From: Promethearchaeota archaeon
GTDB taxonomy: Archaea; Asgardarchaeota; Lokiarchaeia; Sigyniarchaeales; SOKP01
Assembly (NCBI GenBank): GCA_019894975.1
Contig: JAGXNO010000004.1
Span: 32,001-96,000, forward strand
DNA length: 64,000 nt
Direction of reading: 5' to 3'
The notes beneath the pieces were generated by a model. That model saw only the letters and a list, made by a program, of their open reading frames with translations. It was not told the origin of the DNA and did not search any database. Positions 49,583-59,923 of this stretch are shown here, piece by piece (positions within the stretch are counted from its first letter, which is position 1; each line of letters opens with the position of its first letter). A program made the translations under genes and the position numbers.

Positions 49583-51328
49583 ATGAATGAAACGAATACT
49601 CCAGAAGCGATTTATACCAGTATATTAGCTAAGAATATTAAAATTAAAAAAGGTATTATTTCCTTAATCCATTTATTACGAGAACTCGAAAATGATGATC
49701 TGTTGATTGATGCTAAAGAAATTACTACCAAGTTAGCTACAAAATTTAAAGAAATCTATGATATTTTTATCCACATTTTCGAAACTGAACAAAATTCCTT
49801 AACGCGATTAGTAATTGTAAAACTTTTGATTATTACTTTCCCAGATAAATGTATAAGGTTTATACAAGAGCAAATAGAGCGAGAATCCTCAGCTATATTT
49901 CTAACTTTCCTTTATAGCTTCTTGAGATCTCAGACAACTGAAACATCTGAAATTTTAAAGAAGAATCTAGTTAAAAAATATGCAAATAAATATGATCTCG
50001 ATTTAAAAGAATGTCCGTTTTTAATAGATTTAGAAAAAACTCAAATTAATAAGATAAAACAACTCGATATTACCATAGGTTATTTCAGGAAATTCGCTAC
50101 AGATGATATTAATGTATTGGAGAATTCTTCCCATTTTAATTATGTTGTAAAGAATCGTCATATTCACGCATTGGACCTTAGTCGTTGGGAATTAAAAGAA
50201 ATACCCGAATCTATTTGTTTACTTTTAGAATTAACATATCTGAATTTATCGGGTCTTGGATTAACATCTTTACCTCAATCTATGGGGGATTTGTTAAAAC
50301 TTGATTATATTAACTTGAGTGGTAATGAAATAAATAAAATACCGGAATGGCTACTTGAAATTGCGCGAATTCGAATCTCAAAAACTTATTTAAATGAAGG
50401 TGTTATATCCTCCGAAGTAATTACATTAGCAATTATTGAGATTTTTAACGGGGAGAAGCTACAAAAGATCGAACAAACTGCTAATATTTTATATTGGGAT
50501 ACTGCTCTTCATTACAAAATAAATAATGATGGAAACATTCTTGGTGTATATCTCAAAAATGAGAATTTAAAACTTAGTTTATTTCCAGAGCAAATTTGTG
50601 AGCTGAAATTTCTTGAAGAATTAGAAATTCCTGATTCTTCTATTCAAACTCTACCTAAATGTATTGGAAACCTAAAATCTCTCAAATATTTTAATCTGTA
50701 TAACAATAGGATTAATTTTATTCCTAAAACAATTGAAAATCTAATAAATTTGGAATATTTGGATCTTGATGATAATGATATGTCTGAAAGTTTTTTATTG
50801 GGTTTAAGATGGTATAAAATTGGGCAACAGTATCTAGAAGTAGGGGAATTTAACAATGCAATTTTAGAATTGAACGATACTTTGAAAATTTATCCAAAAA
50901 ACAAGTATGGATGGTATCATCTGGGTATTGCACATAAAGAATTAGGAGAAGATAAAGAAGCAGAAAAAGCTTTTAAAACTTTTTTAGAAATTGGTAATAC
51001 TAATTCACTGGTATGGAGTGAATTGAGTGAAATCTATCATTCAAATATGGAATATAACAAAGCTATTGAAGCCATTAAACATGCTATTGATATGGAACCT
51101 GAAGTAGCCATTTTATATAGTAATCTTGCTTTTAATTACAAGAAATTAGGAAAATATGAAGATGCTATAAAAGCATACTCTCGTTCACTTGAAATCTTCC
51201 CTGATAATATATATGTATGGAGAGATCTTGCATCGATCTATCGAGACAAAGGTGAAATCATAAAGGCAATTGATGCTGATGAACATGCATTAGAATTAGA
51301 ACGTAAATCTAATATTAACTTAGATTAG
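49583..51328 (+). CDS. Leucine-rich repeat + TPR protein
   Basis: LxxLxLxxNxLxxLP repeats followed by four or more TPRs (W..LG..., YSNLA..Y.KLG.Y..A). Confidence 0.88.
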   Translation: MNETNTPEAIYTSILAKNIKIKKGIISLIHLLRELENDDLLIDAKEITTKLATKFKEIYDIFIHIFETEQNSLTRLVIVKLLIITFPDKCIRFIQEQIERESSAIFLTFLYSFLRSQTTETSEILKKNLVKKYANKYDLDLKECPFLIDLEKTQINKIKQLDITIGYFRKFATDDINVLENSSHFNYVVKNRHIHALDLSRWELKEIPESICLLLELTYLNLSGLGLTSLPQSMGDLLKLDYINLSGNEINKIPEWLLEIARIRISKTYLNEGVISSEVITLAIIEIFNGEKLQKIEQTANILYWDTALHYKINNDGNILGVYLKNENLKLSLFPEQICELKFLEELEIPDSSIQTLPKCIGNLKSLKYFNLYNNRINFIPKTIENLINLEYLDLDDNDMSESFLLGLRWYKIGQQYLEVGEFNNAILELNDTLKIYPKNKYGWYHLGIAHKELGEDKEAEKAFKTFLEIGNTNSLVWSELSEIYHSNMEYNKAIEAIKHAIDMEPEVAILYSNLAFNYKKLGKYEDAIKAYSRSLEIFPDNIYVWRDLASIYRDKGEIIKAIDADEHALELERKSNINLD

Positions 51329-51336
51329 CAAATTCA

Positions 51337-51990
51337 TCAGGAGTCTCCCTCTATATAACCCTTAATGTATTGTCTTACGCTATCAGCAGGGCTATATATC
51401 CCAAAATGGCCCTCACATAATATATCCGCATTCAAGTTTAGTAGTTTCCTTAGAGAATTTTGGTAATCCGTAAAATTACTGATACCTGGAATTATTGGGC
51501 CGTGTAAATCTTGACCAAAAAGAATTTTTTTTCCTTCTATTTCTATTAAAATAGAAATTGAACCTGGTGTATGTCCAGGGGTGTGGATACATTCAAAATC
51601 ATATTTCCCAAGATGTAATATTTCATCTTCTCTAAATCTCTTTGACAATTTTATAGGTTTATATTTTATGCTATACCACGAAGCAACTGTTTCTCGATCA
51701 TGGCCTTCTTCTTCGATTGCATCTGCATCTAAATCATGAGCGTAGAAGTTAACTTTGCTGTTGAATTGTTTGAGATCTGAGCAAATAGCTATGTGATCGA
51801 TATGCATATGAGTCAGAATACAATGTTTAATATCCATTGGGTTTAAACCTAGTTTTTTGATTCTTTTAATCATCCCTAAACTCATTCCACAATCAATTAA
51901 AACAAGACCCTCTTCACTTTGAGTATCAACCATAAAAACAGAGCATCCAGAATCTCCTACATGGTACACATTCTTAAAAACTTCTTTCAT
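51337..51990 (-). CDS. Metallo-beta-lactamase fold hydrolase
   Basis: THMHIDH, HTPGHTPGS, EGH. Confidence 0.9.
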   Translation of the reverse strand: MKEVFKNVYHVGDSGCSVFMVDTQSEEGLVLIDCGMSLGMIKRIKKLGLNPMDIKHCILTHMHIDHIAICSDLKQFNSKVNFYAHDLDADAIEEEGHDRETVASWYSIKYKPIKLSKRFREDEILHLGKYDFECIHTPGHTPGSISILIEIEGKKILFGQDLHGPIIPGISNFTDYQNSLRKLLNLNADILCEGHFGIYSPADSVRQYIKGYIEGDS

Positions 51991-52034
51991 AACTTATCAA
52001 ATCCTATTTAATTATTATTTTCTTTTACTATATC

Positions 52035-52841
52035 TTATTTGTTTCCTAAAACCTCATTAAGTAGAAAATCTACACTTTGCAAAGTCTTTTTAACTGATTT
52101 ATTTTCAATAATTAGATTTTTTTTTTTAAAACTTGGAACTTTCGAAAATAATGCTTTAATTGGAATTGTTCCCTCCTCCAAGCTTCCATGTGTATCTTTC
52201 CCAAAATTGTTTGATAAATGAATTGCAATTATAGGAAAGTCAAAAATAATAGAAATATCTTCTATTAAAGCGTTAGAATCAATATAAAAGGTATTCAGAT
52301 GTCCTATATCGAGTAGGAAGTTTAGATCAGGGAAAATCTTGTTATAATAAAGGATATCATTTACATTTTCAATTAAACCCGTTGTTGTAGATTTTTGACG
52401 GTTTTCAAGTGCTAATGGTATTGAATAGAAATCAGAGATTTTCATTAATTCTGAAATTGTTTTAATTTGTTGTTTATGGGCCTTTACTTTTACTGAAGGT
52501 ACTTGATAAAACGTGTTACTAATCTTTCCCGTATGTACAACTGTATAAAGAGGATCCCATCTCTTTATGAAGACAATTTCCTTTTCCAATAATTTACTTG
52601 CAGAATAGCGCATATTATTATCAATTGAGGCAATATTCACATCAATAAATGATAAATGGAAGGAGAGTTGTATGCCTGACGAGTTTAGTTTATTAATAAG
52701 TTTTATTGAATTTTTCCGATATTTTGGAATTTTAAATATTGGATTATCTAACTGAATTTCACATATATCGATATTTAGATTAAGAATTGAATTTAATATC
52801 CCTTCAAAATCCCAGTTTGCACGAATTGAAATTCCTAACAC
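52035..52841 (-). CDS. Sugar phosphate isomerase/epimerase (xylose-isomerase-like TIM barrel)
   Basis: VVHTG, ALEN, DIGH, IHLSNN..D.H. Confidence 0.8.
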   Translation of the reverse strand: MLGISIRANWDFEGILNSILNLNIDICEIQLDNPIFKIPKYRKNSIKLINKLNSSGIQLSFHLSFIDVNIASIDNNMRYSASKLLEKEIVFIKRWDPLYTVVHTGKISNTFYQVPSVKVKAHKQQIKTISELMKISDFYSIPLALENRQKSTTTGLIENVNDILYYNKIFPDLNFLLDIGHLNTFYIDSNALIEDISIIFDFPIIAIHLSNNFGKDTHGSLEEGTIPIKALFSKVPSFKKKNLIIENKSVKKTLQSVDFLLNEVLGNK

Positions 52842-52907
52842 AATAACACAAGTAATATTAATTCCTAAATAATTTTAGGGATTAAACTTAATACTTAATT
52901 GATATAA

Positions 52908-53528
52908 ATGCCAGCAAAAGGAGATGGTTTGGTTTCAAAATATATAAATAGACATATTTCTCGTCCATTAACAAAATTAATTTTGCATTTTTGGCCAAAT
53001 TGTAACCCAAACATAATATCTATCACATCAGCTTTAACTGGAATTATTGGTTCAATTTTTTTTTGTATGAATTTTCCTCTTTTAGGAGGAATCATCGTCC
53101 AAATAGCAAGTATCATAGATGGTTCTGATGGGGAAGTTGCCCGTGCTAATGAGAGAACTTCTTTTTTTGGAGGTTTCTTTGATTCTGTGATGGATAGGTA
53201 TGTTGATGTTTTTATTTTTATAGGTCTAACAATATACTCACTTAATGTTCTTTTGATTACACATGGATTTATACTGGGAATAATTGCTATCATAGGAGCC
53301 TATTCAATAAGTTACACTGCCGCTAAAGTTGAGTTGAAAGAAGGTATTGATTTTTCCAGAACAATTCAAGGACGTGATACAAGACTATTTATTGTGTTTT
53401 TAGCGGGGATTTGTGCAATCTTCTCAGACTGGGCAGTTCCAATATGTTTAATCTTAATTTCAATAATTACTCATTGTTCTGTTATTTTAAGAATCAATCA
53501 AGTTAGAAAAAAAAAGGATTTGTATTAA
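52908..53528 (+). CDS. CDP-alcohol phosphatidyltransferase, DIPP-synthase type
   Basis: DG.VS..INR.IS N-terminal signature plus DG.DG..AR...G...D...DR..D; RD.R. Confidence 0.8.
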   Translation: MPAKGDGLVSKYINRHISRPLTKLILHFWPNCNPNIISITSALTGIIGSIFFCMNFPLLGGIIVQIASIIDGSDGEVARANERTSFFGGFFDSVMDRYVDVFIFIGLTIYSLNVLLITHGFILGIIAIIGAYSISYTAAKVELKEGIDFSRTIQGRDTRLFIVFLAGICAIFSDWAVPICLILISIITHCSVILRINQVRKKKDLY

Positions 53529-53597
53529 TATCCTTAATCACTCCTTAAATTAGCTAATTTTAAGTAGAAATTTTTTGTTTTATCTCAAAGGAGATAT

Positions 53598-54743
53598 TTA
53601 TTTTTGAATTGAACTTGTTATTTTATTTATTGATTGTATACTTACATCTGAAAGACCGTTAATAAATTCTTCTGTCAGGAGATGGGCTATATCATCACTA
53701 TATTGTATCGGTGGATGTTTCATAAAATATGATGATGGTTCGTATAAAGCCCCACCTTGACTTCTTTCCAATGCTAATTTTAAACATCTGATTGCATCAA
53801 TTACTACTCCCGCAGAATTAGGTGAATCTTCTACTGAAAGTCGTAATTCAAGATTTATTGGGATATCTCCAAAAATATTTCCCTCCATTCTAATAAAACA
53901 TACCTTATTATCTTTTTGCCAAGGAACCCAATCACTTGGACCAATATGTATATTATCATTTTTCAATCTAATTGCTGTCTGTGACTGAACAGCCTCCGTT
54001 TTTGATTGCTTTTTAGAAATTAATCTATGCTTATCAAGCATATTCAAAAAATCTGTATTACCACCTGTATTAAGTTGGTATGTACGCATAAGTTTTACTC
54101 CTCGATTTTTGAATAGATTTGTTAACACTCGGTGTACTATTGTTGCACCTAATTGAGACTTAATATCATCTCCTATTATTGGTAAGTTTTCATTTTTGAA
54201 CCTTTGAGCCCACGTTGGATCACTCGCAATAAATACAGGGATACAGTTTATGAATCCTACTTTTGCTTTTAACGCACACTCAGCATAAAACTTAGTTGCT
54301 TGTTCAGATCCGACCGGGAGATAATTTAAAAGCATATCTGCACCTGAATTTCTAAGTTCTTGTATGATTTCTTCTTGTGTTGATTCTCTTTGATCAGATA
54401 AAATAAATGTATGTTGTTCAGTGTAAGAAGACATATGATCGGCAAAACCATCTAAAATTTTTCCCATTTTAACAATAATCCCTGTTTTAGAAATATTTTT
54501 ATAAAATACTCTTGTACAATTAGGTGGTTGAAAAATAGCCTTAGACACATCCTTTCCAACTTTCCTTTGATCAATATCAAAACCCGCCACAACTTCAATA
54601 TCTCCGGGTTTATATCCACCAATCTCCCAATGCATTAAACCTATAGCATCATTACTTCTTTTATTTTTATAATAGTAGATTCCTTGAACTAAAGAACAAG
54701 CACAATTTCCAAATCCAACAATCGCAATTTTAATTTTACTAAT
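53598..54743 (-). CDS. ino1: myo-inositol-1(3)-phosphate synthase, ATT-initiated (ORF track starts too late, at 54635)
   Basis: Frame extends to (M)SKIKIAIVGFGNCA.SLVQG; GDDIKSQLGAT, GGNTDFLNM, DSPNSAG; GGAGGTG Shine-Dalgarno at 54751-54757. Confidence 0.88.
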   Translation of the reverse strand: MSKIKIAIVGFGNCACSLVQGIYYYKNKRSNDAIGLMHWEIGGYKPGDIEVVAGFDIDQRKVGKDVSKAIFQPPNCTRVFYKNISKTGIIVKMGKILDGFADHMSSYTEQHTFILSDQRESTQEEIIQELRNSGADMLLNYLPVGSEQATKFYAECALKAKVGFINCIPVFIASDPTWAQRFKNENLPIIGDDIKSQLGATIVHRVLTNLFKNRGVKLMRTYQLNTGGNTDFLNMLDKHRLISKKQSKTEAVQSQTAIRLKNDNIHIGPSDWVPWQKDNKVCFIRMEGNIFGDIPINLELRLSVEDSPNSAGVVIDAIRCLKLALERSQGGALYEPSSYFMKHPPIQYSDDIAHLLTEEFINGLSDVSIQSINKITSSIQK

Positions 54744-54774
54744 TATTACACACCTCCATAGTTTTCAAGTTGTA

Positions 54775-55656
54775 TTAATTTATTTTTAAGATTTTTTTTT
54801 TTTTAAACTCTATTTTTTCATTATATTTGCTCTTTTCATCTGAACCTGTTGGATTTAGACCAAAAGGACAGATGTTAGAAGATATATTAAAAAGTTTTTT
54901 TAATTGATGATAATTTTTGAAATTATCAATATCTAACCAGATAATATCAGAAAAGTCATAATAACCAACATCTAAATCTGAATCCAGGGCTGATAAGACA
55001 ATGTCTGTAACACTGAATTTATTAAAATGCGATTCAACTTTCTTGCATATCTTTTTAATCACTTCAGTTTTTAATATAAATACTCCCATATCTAAACGAT
55101 TATATTTAGTCAAATTTTTTCTAATTTTTAGAATGCTATTATTTTTTCCAAATACTTTTGTTGCATCATTAATGTCATAATATCCTTTTTTATACATTGG
55201 ATCCGTCGCTAATAGAATATCTCTTTTTTTCTTATAGCTCTTAATAATTTTGTTAAAAATATTTTCTGAAAAAATATGATCAGACATCGATAATATAGTA
55301 TATTCTGAAGAAATTTTATTTAAACCTAAAAGAAGGCTGTATCCATTTTCTCTCTCTGGAAACTTATTTTCAATAATTTCTAAATCAAGATTTCCCAAAC
55401 CAATCCATGATCGAGCTATAGATTTTAAAACCATTTTTCTATATTTAATATTATTAATTAGTCTACTAGTTACAATTTTTATTTTTGTTATTCCTGTTTC
55501 AATCATTCCTGAGATAATATATCCTAAAATATTAGAATTACCTAATTTTAAGAAATATTTCTTAAATCTGCCATCGATAAATTTAAATCGGCTAGAATTA
55601 CCAGCTGCTAAAATTAAACCTTCTAATTGGTTATTATATGTCATTAATATTACCAT
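54775..55656 (-). CDS. Inositol-1-phosphate cytidylyltransferase (IPCT)-like NTP transferase
   Basis: LAAG..SRF, ENGYSL, MSDH, DATKV, D.G.F, W.DID. Confidence 0.78.
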   Translation of the reverse strand: MVILMTYNNQLEGLILAAGNSSRFKFIDGRFKKYFLKLGNSNILGYIISGMIETGITKIKIVTSRLINNIKYRKMVLKSIARSWIGLGNLDLEIIENKFPERENGYSLLLGLNKISSEYTILSMSDHIFSENIFNKIIKSYKKKRDILLATDPMYKKGYYDINDATKVFGKNNSILKIRKNLTKYNRLDMGVFILKTEVIKKICKKVESHFNKFSVTDIVLSALDSDLDVGYYDFSDIIWLDIDNFKNYHQLKKLFNISSNICPFGLNPTGSDEKSKYNEKIEFKKKKILKIN

Positions 55657-56113
55657 TCTCCATTCAGATTTTTATATTGAAGATAAGAATAAATAATTTA
55701 GATTGAATAAATTTTAAAATTTAATTTCTATTGATTCCTATTACTACAATCAAGTAAAGATTTTTAAAATCTATCATATTTTAAAATTCAAAATAATTTA
55801 TGAAACAATTTTAAAGTTCTTTCATAATAAAACTTCTGATTTATTTGTACTCTTAATAAGATCAATAGATATATAAGTTTTGGTTTTCTCTTAAAAATAT
55901 AATTTTTTGATTAAACAATCCTTTAATTAAATAAACATGTGTTTTCATGATACATTTTTTATAAAATCTTATAAAAATTTTTTATTCATTTAAAAATGAG
56001 TAATACTCCTATTTTTATATTTTAAATAGAACAAATTCATCCGGAAAACTTTCTATTAAACCATTCTTTTTATGGAAATTTAAATTATTATTACTTAATA
56101 ATATCTGAATTTC

Positions 56114-56953
56114 TTGATTAGAATGGGAATAAATGAAGCAGAAAATGAAAAGGAAACAACTAAATCATTTACAACTAAATTAAAGAATTATTTAAAAAAT
56201 CTTTTCGATTTTTCTCAGCTTGATACAAAAACAATTCTCTATATTATAATCTTTATAATACTAATTGTACTTTCCGTATTCTTGCTGTATTACAATTATT
56301 TTGTGGATGAAACATTTATTTATATACTAATTGCCAAGTGGTTTGTGAATCCAATATGGGATTTAGGCTTTATAGGCATCTTTCTCTTCATCGCAATTAT
56401 GGGGATTCAGGGATTATTAGTCCCAATACCCTCGGAGGTAGTTTTATTAGCAACAGGAATTATTTGGGGTTGGTTTTTAGGGGGAATCATGGGGATTATT
56501 GGTTCAATGGGCGCGGCTTCATTATGTTTTTATGTGAGTAGAAGAGGTGGAAGACCATTAGCTAAAAAGTTTATTGGAGAAAAGGGAATTGATATGGCTG
56601 ATGATTTAATTCGTAAATATGGGATTAAAGCAATAATAGTTTCTAGACTTATACCATTCATCTCTTTTGATGTTATTTCTTATGCCTCTGGACTCGTTGA
56701 TATCGATTATAAAAAATATTCAATCGGGACATTAATAGGATCCATATTTCGAGCTTTCTTTTATTCAGTTTTAGGTGTTCTATTAGGATTTTCCCCGCCT
56801 ATTGATACTGGAGATGTAGCCCAAATGAGATCTCAAGCAGAGGTATTTAATTGGGTTTTATTGATCGTATTGGCAGTATTAGTATTAATGGTGGTTGCCT
56901 ATTTCTTCACTGCGAGGTATTATGAAAAAAAAAAGCAAGAAATAAAAGATTAG
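56114..56953 (+). CDS. TVP38/TMEM64 (DedA/VTT) membrane protein
   Basis: PIPSEV, R.GGRP, RLIPF.SFD..SY..G. Confidence 0.88.
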   Translation: MIRMGINEAENEKETTKSFTTKLKNYLKNLFDFSQLDTKTILYIIIFIILIVLSVFLLYYNYFVDETFIYILIAKWFVNPIWDLGFIGIFLFIAIMGIQGLLVPIPSEVVLLATGIIWGWFLGGIMGIIGSMGAASLCFYVSRRGGRPLAKKFIGEKGIDMADDLIRKYGIKAIIVSRLIPFISFDVISYASGLVDIDYKKYSIGTLIGSIFRAFFYSVLGVLLGFSPPIDTGDVAQMRSQAEVFNWVLLIVLAVLVLMVVAYFFTARYYEKKKQEIKD

Positions 56954-57024
56954 ATTCAAACACACTATATTGTATTATTGTGATATTATTTCTTTTTTTA
57001 ATGGTTATTTTTATATTTTAGCAC

Positions 57025-57195
57025 ATGAATGAAAAAGATAAACCTACACAAGAAGTATGGTTCAAAGAAAATAACATATATGATTTGAATATGACCGAGT
57101 TTTACAAAGAAATCAGTGCAGCAATAGAAAACAATAATTTACAAACAGTCTATCAACTTTCAAAGATTATTGCTAGATATCATTTTGGAAATTAG
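57025..57195 (+). CDS. Small hypothetical protein (56 aa, below the ORF-track cut-off)
   Basis: MNEKDKPTQEVWFKENNIYDLNMTEFYKEISAAIENNNLQTVYQLSKIIARYHFGN*. Confidence 0.5.
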   Translation: MNEKDKPTQEVWFKENNIYDLNMTEFYKEISAAIENNNLQTVYQLSKIIARYHFGN

Positions 57196-57446
57196 ATACT
57201 TAGAGATTTCATATAGTATTTTGATTTAATTCCATTTTTTGATATTCAGCTAATCTTCTTAAGGATTAAATCTCGATTTTTCGAATTTTTTGTATAAAAG
57301 TTTATGCCCACTACACTTTTTGTGTACAAAAACTTTTGTTCGTTATAATAATATAAAAATTTTATGATCCGAGAAATTTTATATAGATGAACTCTATTTA
57401 CTAGATTAAAGGTATTAGATATATTTATTAATTATATTGATGAATT

Positions 57447-57704
57447 ATGAATCTTACCGCAGATTATGAAAAGCTTTTAGAGGATAATTTAAAAGAAGAA
57501 TTGGAATGGGTGGTACAAGAGTTCCAGATGTTGTTTAAGCAAAAGATGCTTAAGCAATGTTATTCAAAAGATGATATTTCACTCGGAAACCAAATTCTGG
57601 ATAACGTTATTGACAACATTAAAACTAATGAAAACGAAGAATTACTTAATTTATTAGGTACAACGTTAAATAGTATTGAAAAGCAATTTCCAGAATTCTT
57701 TTAG
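57447..57704 (+). CDS. Small helical hypothetical protein
   Basis: 85-aa ORF with amphipathic helices. Confidence 0.7.
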   Translation: MNLTADYEKLLEDNLKEELEWVVQEFQMLFKQKMLKQCYSKDDISLGNQILDNVIDNIKTNENEELLNLLGTTLNSIEKQFPEFF

Positions 57705-57910
57705 TAGGATTTAAATTCATTTATAGCATGTGTTCATAAACGGCTTAATCGATTCCTTAATTTTGATATTTCTTCTTCTTTTTAGAGAAATCAATATTAT
57801 AAACTCAAATCAGAATAAATTAAGAAACCAAAATTCTTTTAAGAACAAGACGCATATTTAAAAAGAGAGAGTTAGTATTATTTATCATAAAATAAGAATT
57901 GTAATTTGAT

Positions 57911-58999
57911 ATGATTGAAAGGATAATTATAGTTCATTGGAGTCTCCAGATCGGACCGGAACCAATAATTCAATATCCTCCCGGAGAAGAAATCCTCCCT
58001 AAGGAAAATATCTTAAGAATCTGGGCTAAACACGAGTTAAATAAAGAAAACACGATGATAGAATTCACTCCTGAAGAAGGTGAAAATAGCTTTATATCAA
58101 TTATACAAAACTTTGAAAATGAAATGTATTTTTTTATCTTAGTTTATAAAAAGGAAGATTTAATAAACCATTTTGGAAAGGAATCTCCTGATATATTAGC
58201 CATCATGAGTAAGAATCTAGTAGAGTTAATCAATACAAATAAGATTACGAGAGCTGTGTCAGAAGCATATACAACTATAAAAAATTATTCTAAACTAGAT
58301 AAAGAAGAAAATCTAAAAAACTTTTTTCAAGATAAAATAAAAAATACAATCCTACAAATCCTTAGGGATGGAGTGATCTCTAAATCGAATCTTACCAATA
58401 AACTAAGAAACGATTATGGATTTTCAACATTAAATATTGATTTAATTTTAGTATCTTTTATACGGGAAGATTTAATTGTAAAAAAAAATGTACCTGGAAG
58501 CAAAGAGTGTTATTTTTTGATAAATGACATAGTTTGTTTGCGAATTCCGCCTCCTATTCTTCCAATAGATCAGAATGATGCAAATCTAACTAAGAAATAT
58601 AAAGATTCCATAGAAAATTTTTATTTTAGCTATGATTTAATCTCTGATTTAGAAAATAGAATTATAATACAGACCGTTTTACTAGATAAGGATGTCTTTT
58701 CGTTAATTAAAACGCTAAGAAAAGGAAAACTTTCTTTTAATGAGTGTTTAAATGTTTTAAATAACAACCAAGAACTATTGAACGAATTGTTGGAGAAACA
58801 ATTCATATTTGAAGCGAAAGGTTATGTTTATCTCTTTTCAGATGTGAGATTTATAAAGTTTAAACCCTTTTTTGTAATCCAACGGTTATTAGAAAGATAT
58901 AAACATCAAGAAATTTCTCTAAATGAATATCTAGCTCATTTAAAATTATTAGCAGAAGATAAAGAAATCCCTAATTCTTTAAATTATGAAATTATTTGA
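57911..58999 (+). CDS. Longin/uDENN-like N-terminal domain protein with wH-like C-terminus
   Basis: N-terminal IIIVHW...GP...QYP pattern resembling the longin/uDENN start of NPR2/DENN-like proteins. Confidence 0.55.
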   Translation: MIERIIIVHWSLQIGPEPIIQYPPGEEILPKENILRIWAKHELNKENTMIEFTPEEGENSFISIIQNFENEMYFFILVYKKEDLINHFGKESPDILAIMSKNLVELINTNKITRAVSEAYTTIKNYSKLDKEENLKNFFQDKIKNTILQILRDGVISKSNLTNKLRNDYGFSTLNIDLILVSFIREDLIVKKNVPGSKECYFLINDIVCLRIPPPILPIDQNDANLTKKYKDSIENFYFSYDLISDLENRIIIQTVLLDKDVFSLIKTLRKGKLSFNECLNVLNNNQELLNELLEKQFIFEAKGYVYLFSDVRFIKFKPFFVIQRLLERYKHQEISLNEYLAHLKLLAEDKEIPNSLNYEII

Positions 59000-59092
59000 A
59001 TAATTGAAATTTAAAGAAAATAAAAATATAAATATCTCGAAGTCTAAACTTCTTATATCACATAGTAAATAATATTAAAATGAGGAATATAA

Positions 59093-59845
59093 ATGGAATT
59101 AGTTGATGTATTACAAGGCAGTTTTTCTCTAATATTTGTCATTATATCTTTAATCATCGGTTTAACGATCTTTTCTAAATTTTTTGAACATAAAAACAGA
59201 CTATTTGTTTTAGTTGGCCTCTCATGGATTGGTATTTGCATACCCTGGGTCCCTGATTCAACGAGTTTCATAATGAACCTATTCGTCCAACGGTTCCTAC
59301 ACGTAGGATGGTATTTTATAATCGGTAATGTCTTTCTCCCCATCGCTCTTTTAACTTGGTTAATAGCTTACACAGATATGATTAAAAAAAAAGCACAAAA
59401 GAAGGTAGTGCTGATTACGGTCATTCTTTCAATTCTGTTTGAAATCATGTTCTTTGCCTTATTTTTAATTGACCTAGATTTGATTGGAGTAATCAATCCA
59501 AGCAGACCGTTTACTGTAGATTTCGGTATATTCATAACGGTTTACTTGTTGTTAATTATCTTAGTAATGGTGGTAACCGGTGTGATATTTGCTCAAAAAT
59601 CAGTTAAGTCAGGAGATCGAGAAGTAAGAGTAAAAGGAAAATTACTCCGTGCTGCATTTATTACTTTTGCAATAGCCGCTATATTAGACTCTCTCCTTGG
59701 AACTATTTTTGAGGACCCTACTGACCCGTTATTAGCAGTAATGGTGGTCGTCGTCCGAATATTATTAATATTCAGCGCATTAGAATTTTATGGTGGTTTT
59801 CTTTTGCCTCGGTGGATGAAAGAGATTTTTATCAGAAATGAATAA
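59093..59845 (+). CDS. Multi-pass (about 7 TM) membrane protein of unknown function
   Basis: Hydrophobic helices; C-terminal GF.LP.W. Confidence 0.8.
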   Translation: MELVDVLQGSFSLIFVIISLIIGLTIFSKFFEHKNRLFVLVGLSWIGICIPWVPDSTSFIMNLFVQRFLHVGWYFIIGNVFLPIALLTWLIAYTDMIKKKAQKKVVLITVILSILFEIMFFALFLIDLDLIGVINPSRPFTVDFGIFITVYLLLIILVMVVTGVIFAQKSVKSGDREVRVKGKLLRAAFITFAIAAILDSLLGTIFEDPTDPLLAVMVVVVRILLIFSALEFYGGFLLPRWMKEIFIRNE

Positions 59846-59923
59846 TCAGATTTCTTTTTTTTATTACTTTATTCACAATTCTTTTTATAACTAAAAACCC
59901 TTATTTTTATAAGAAATACCAAA

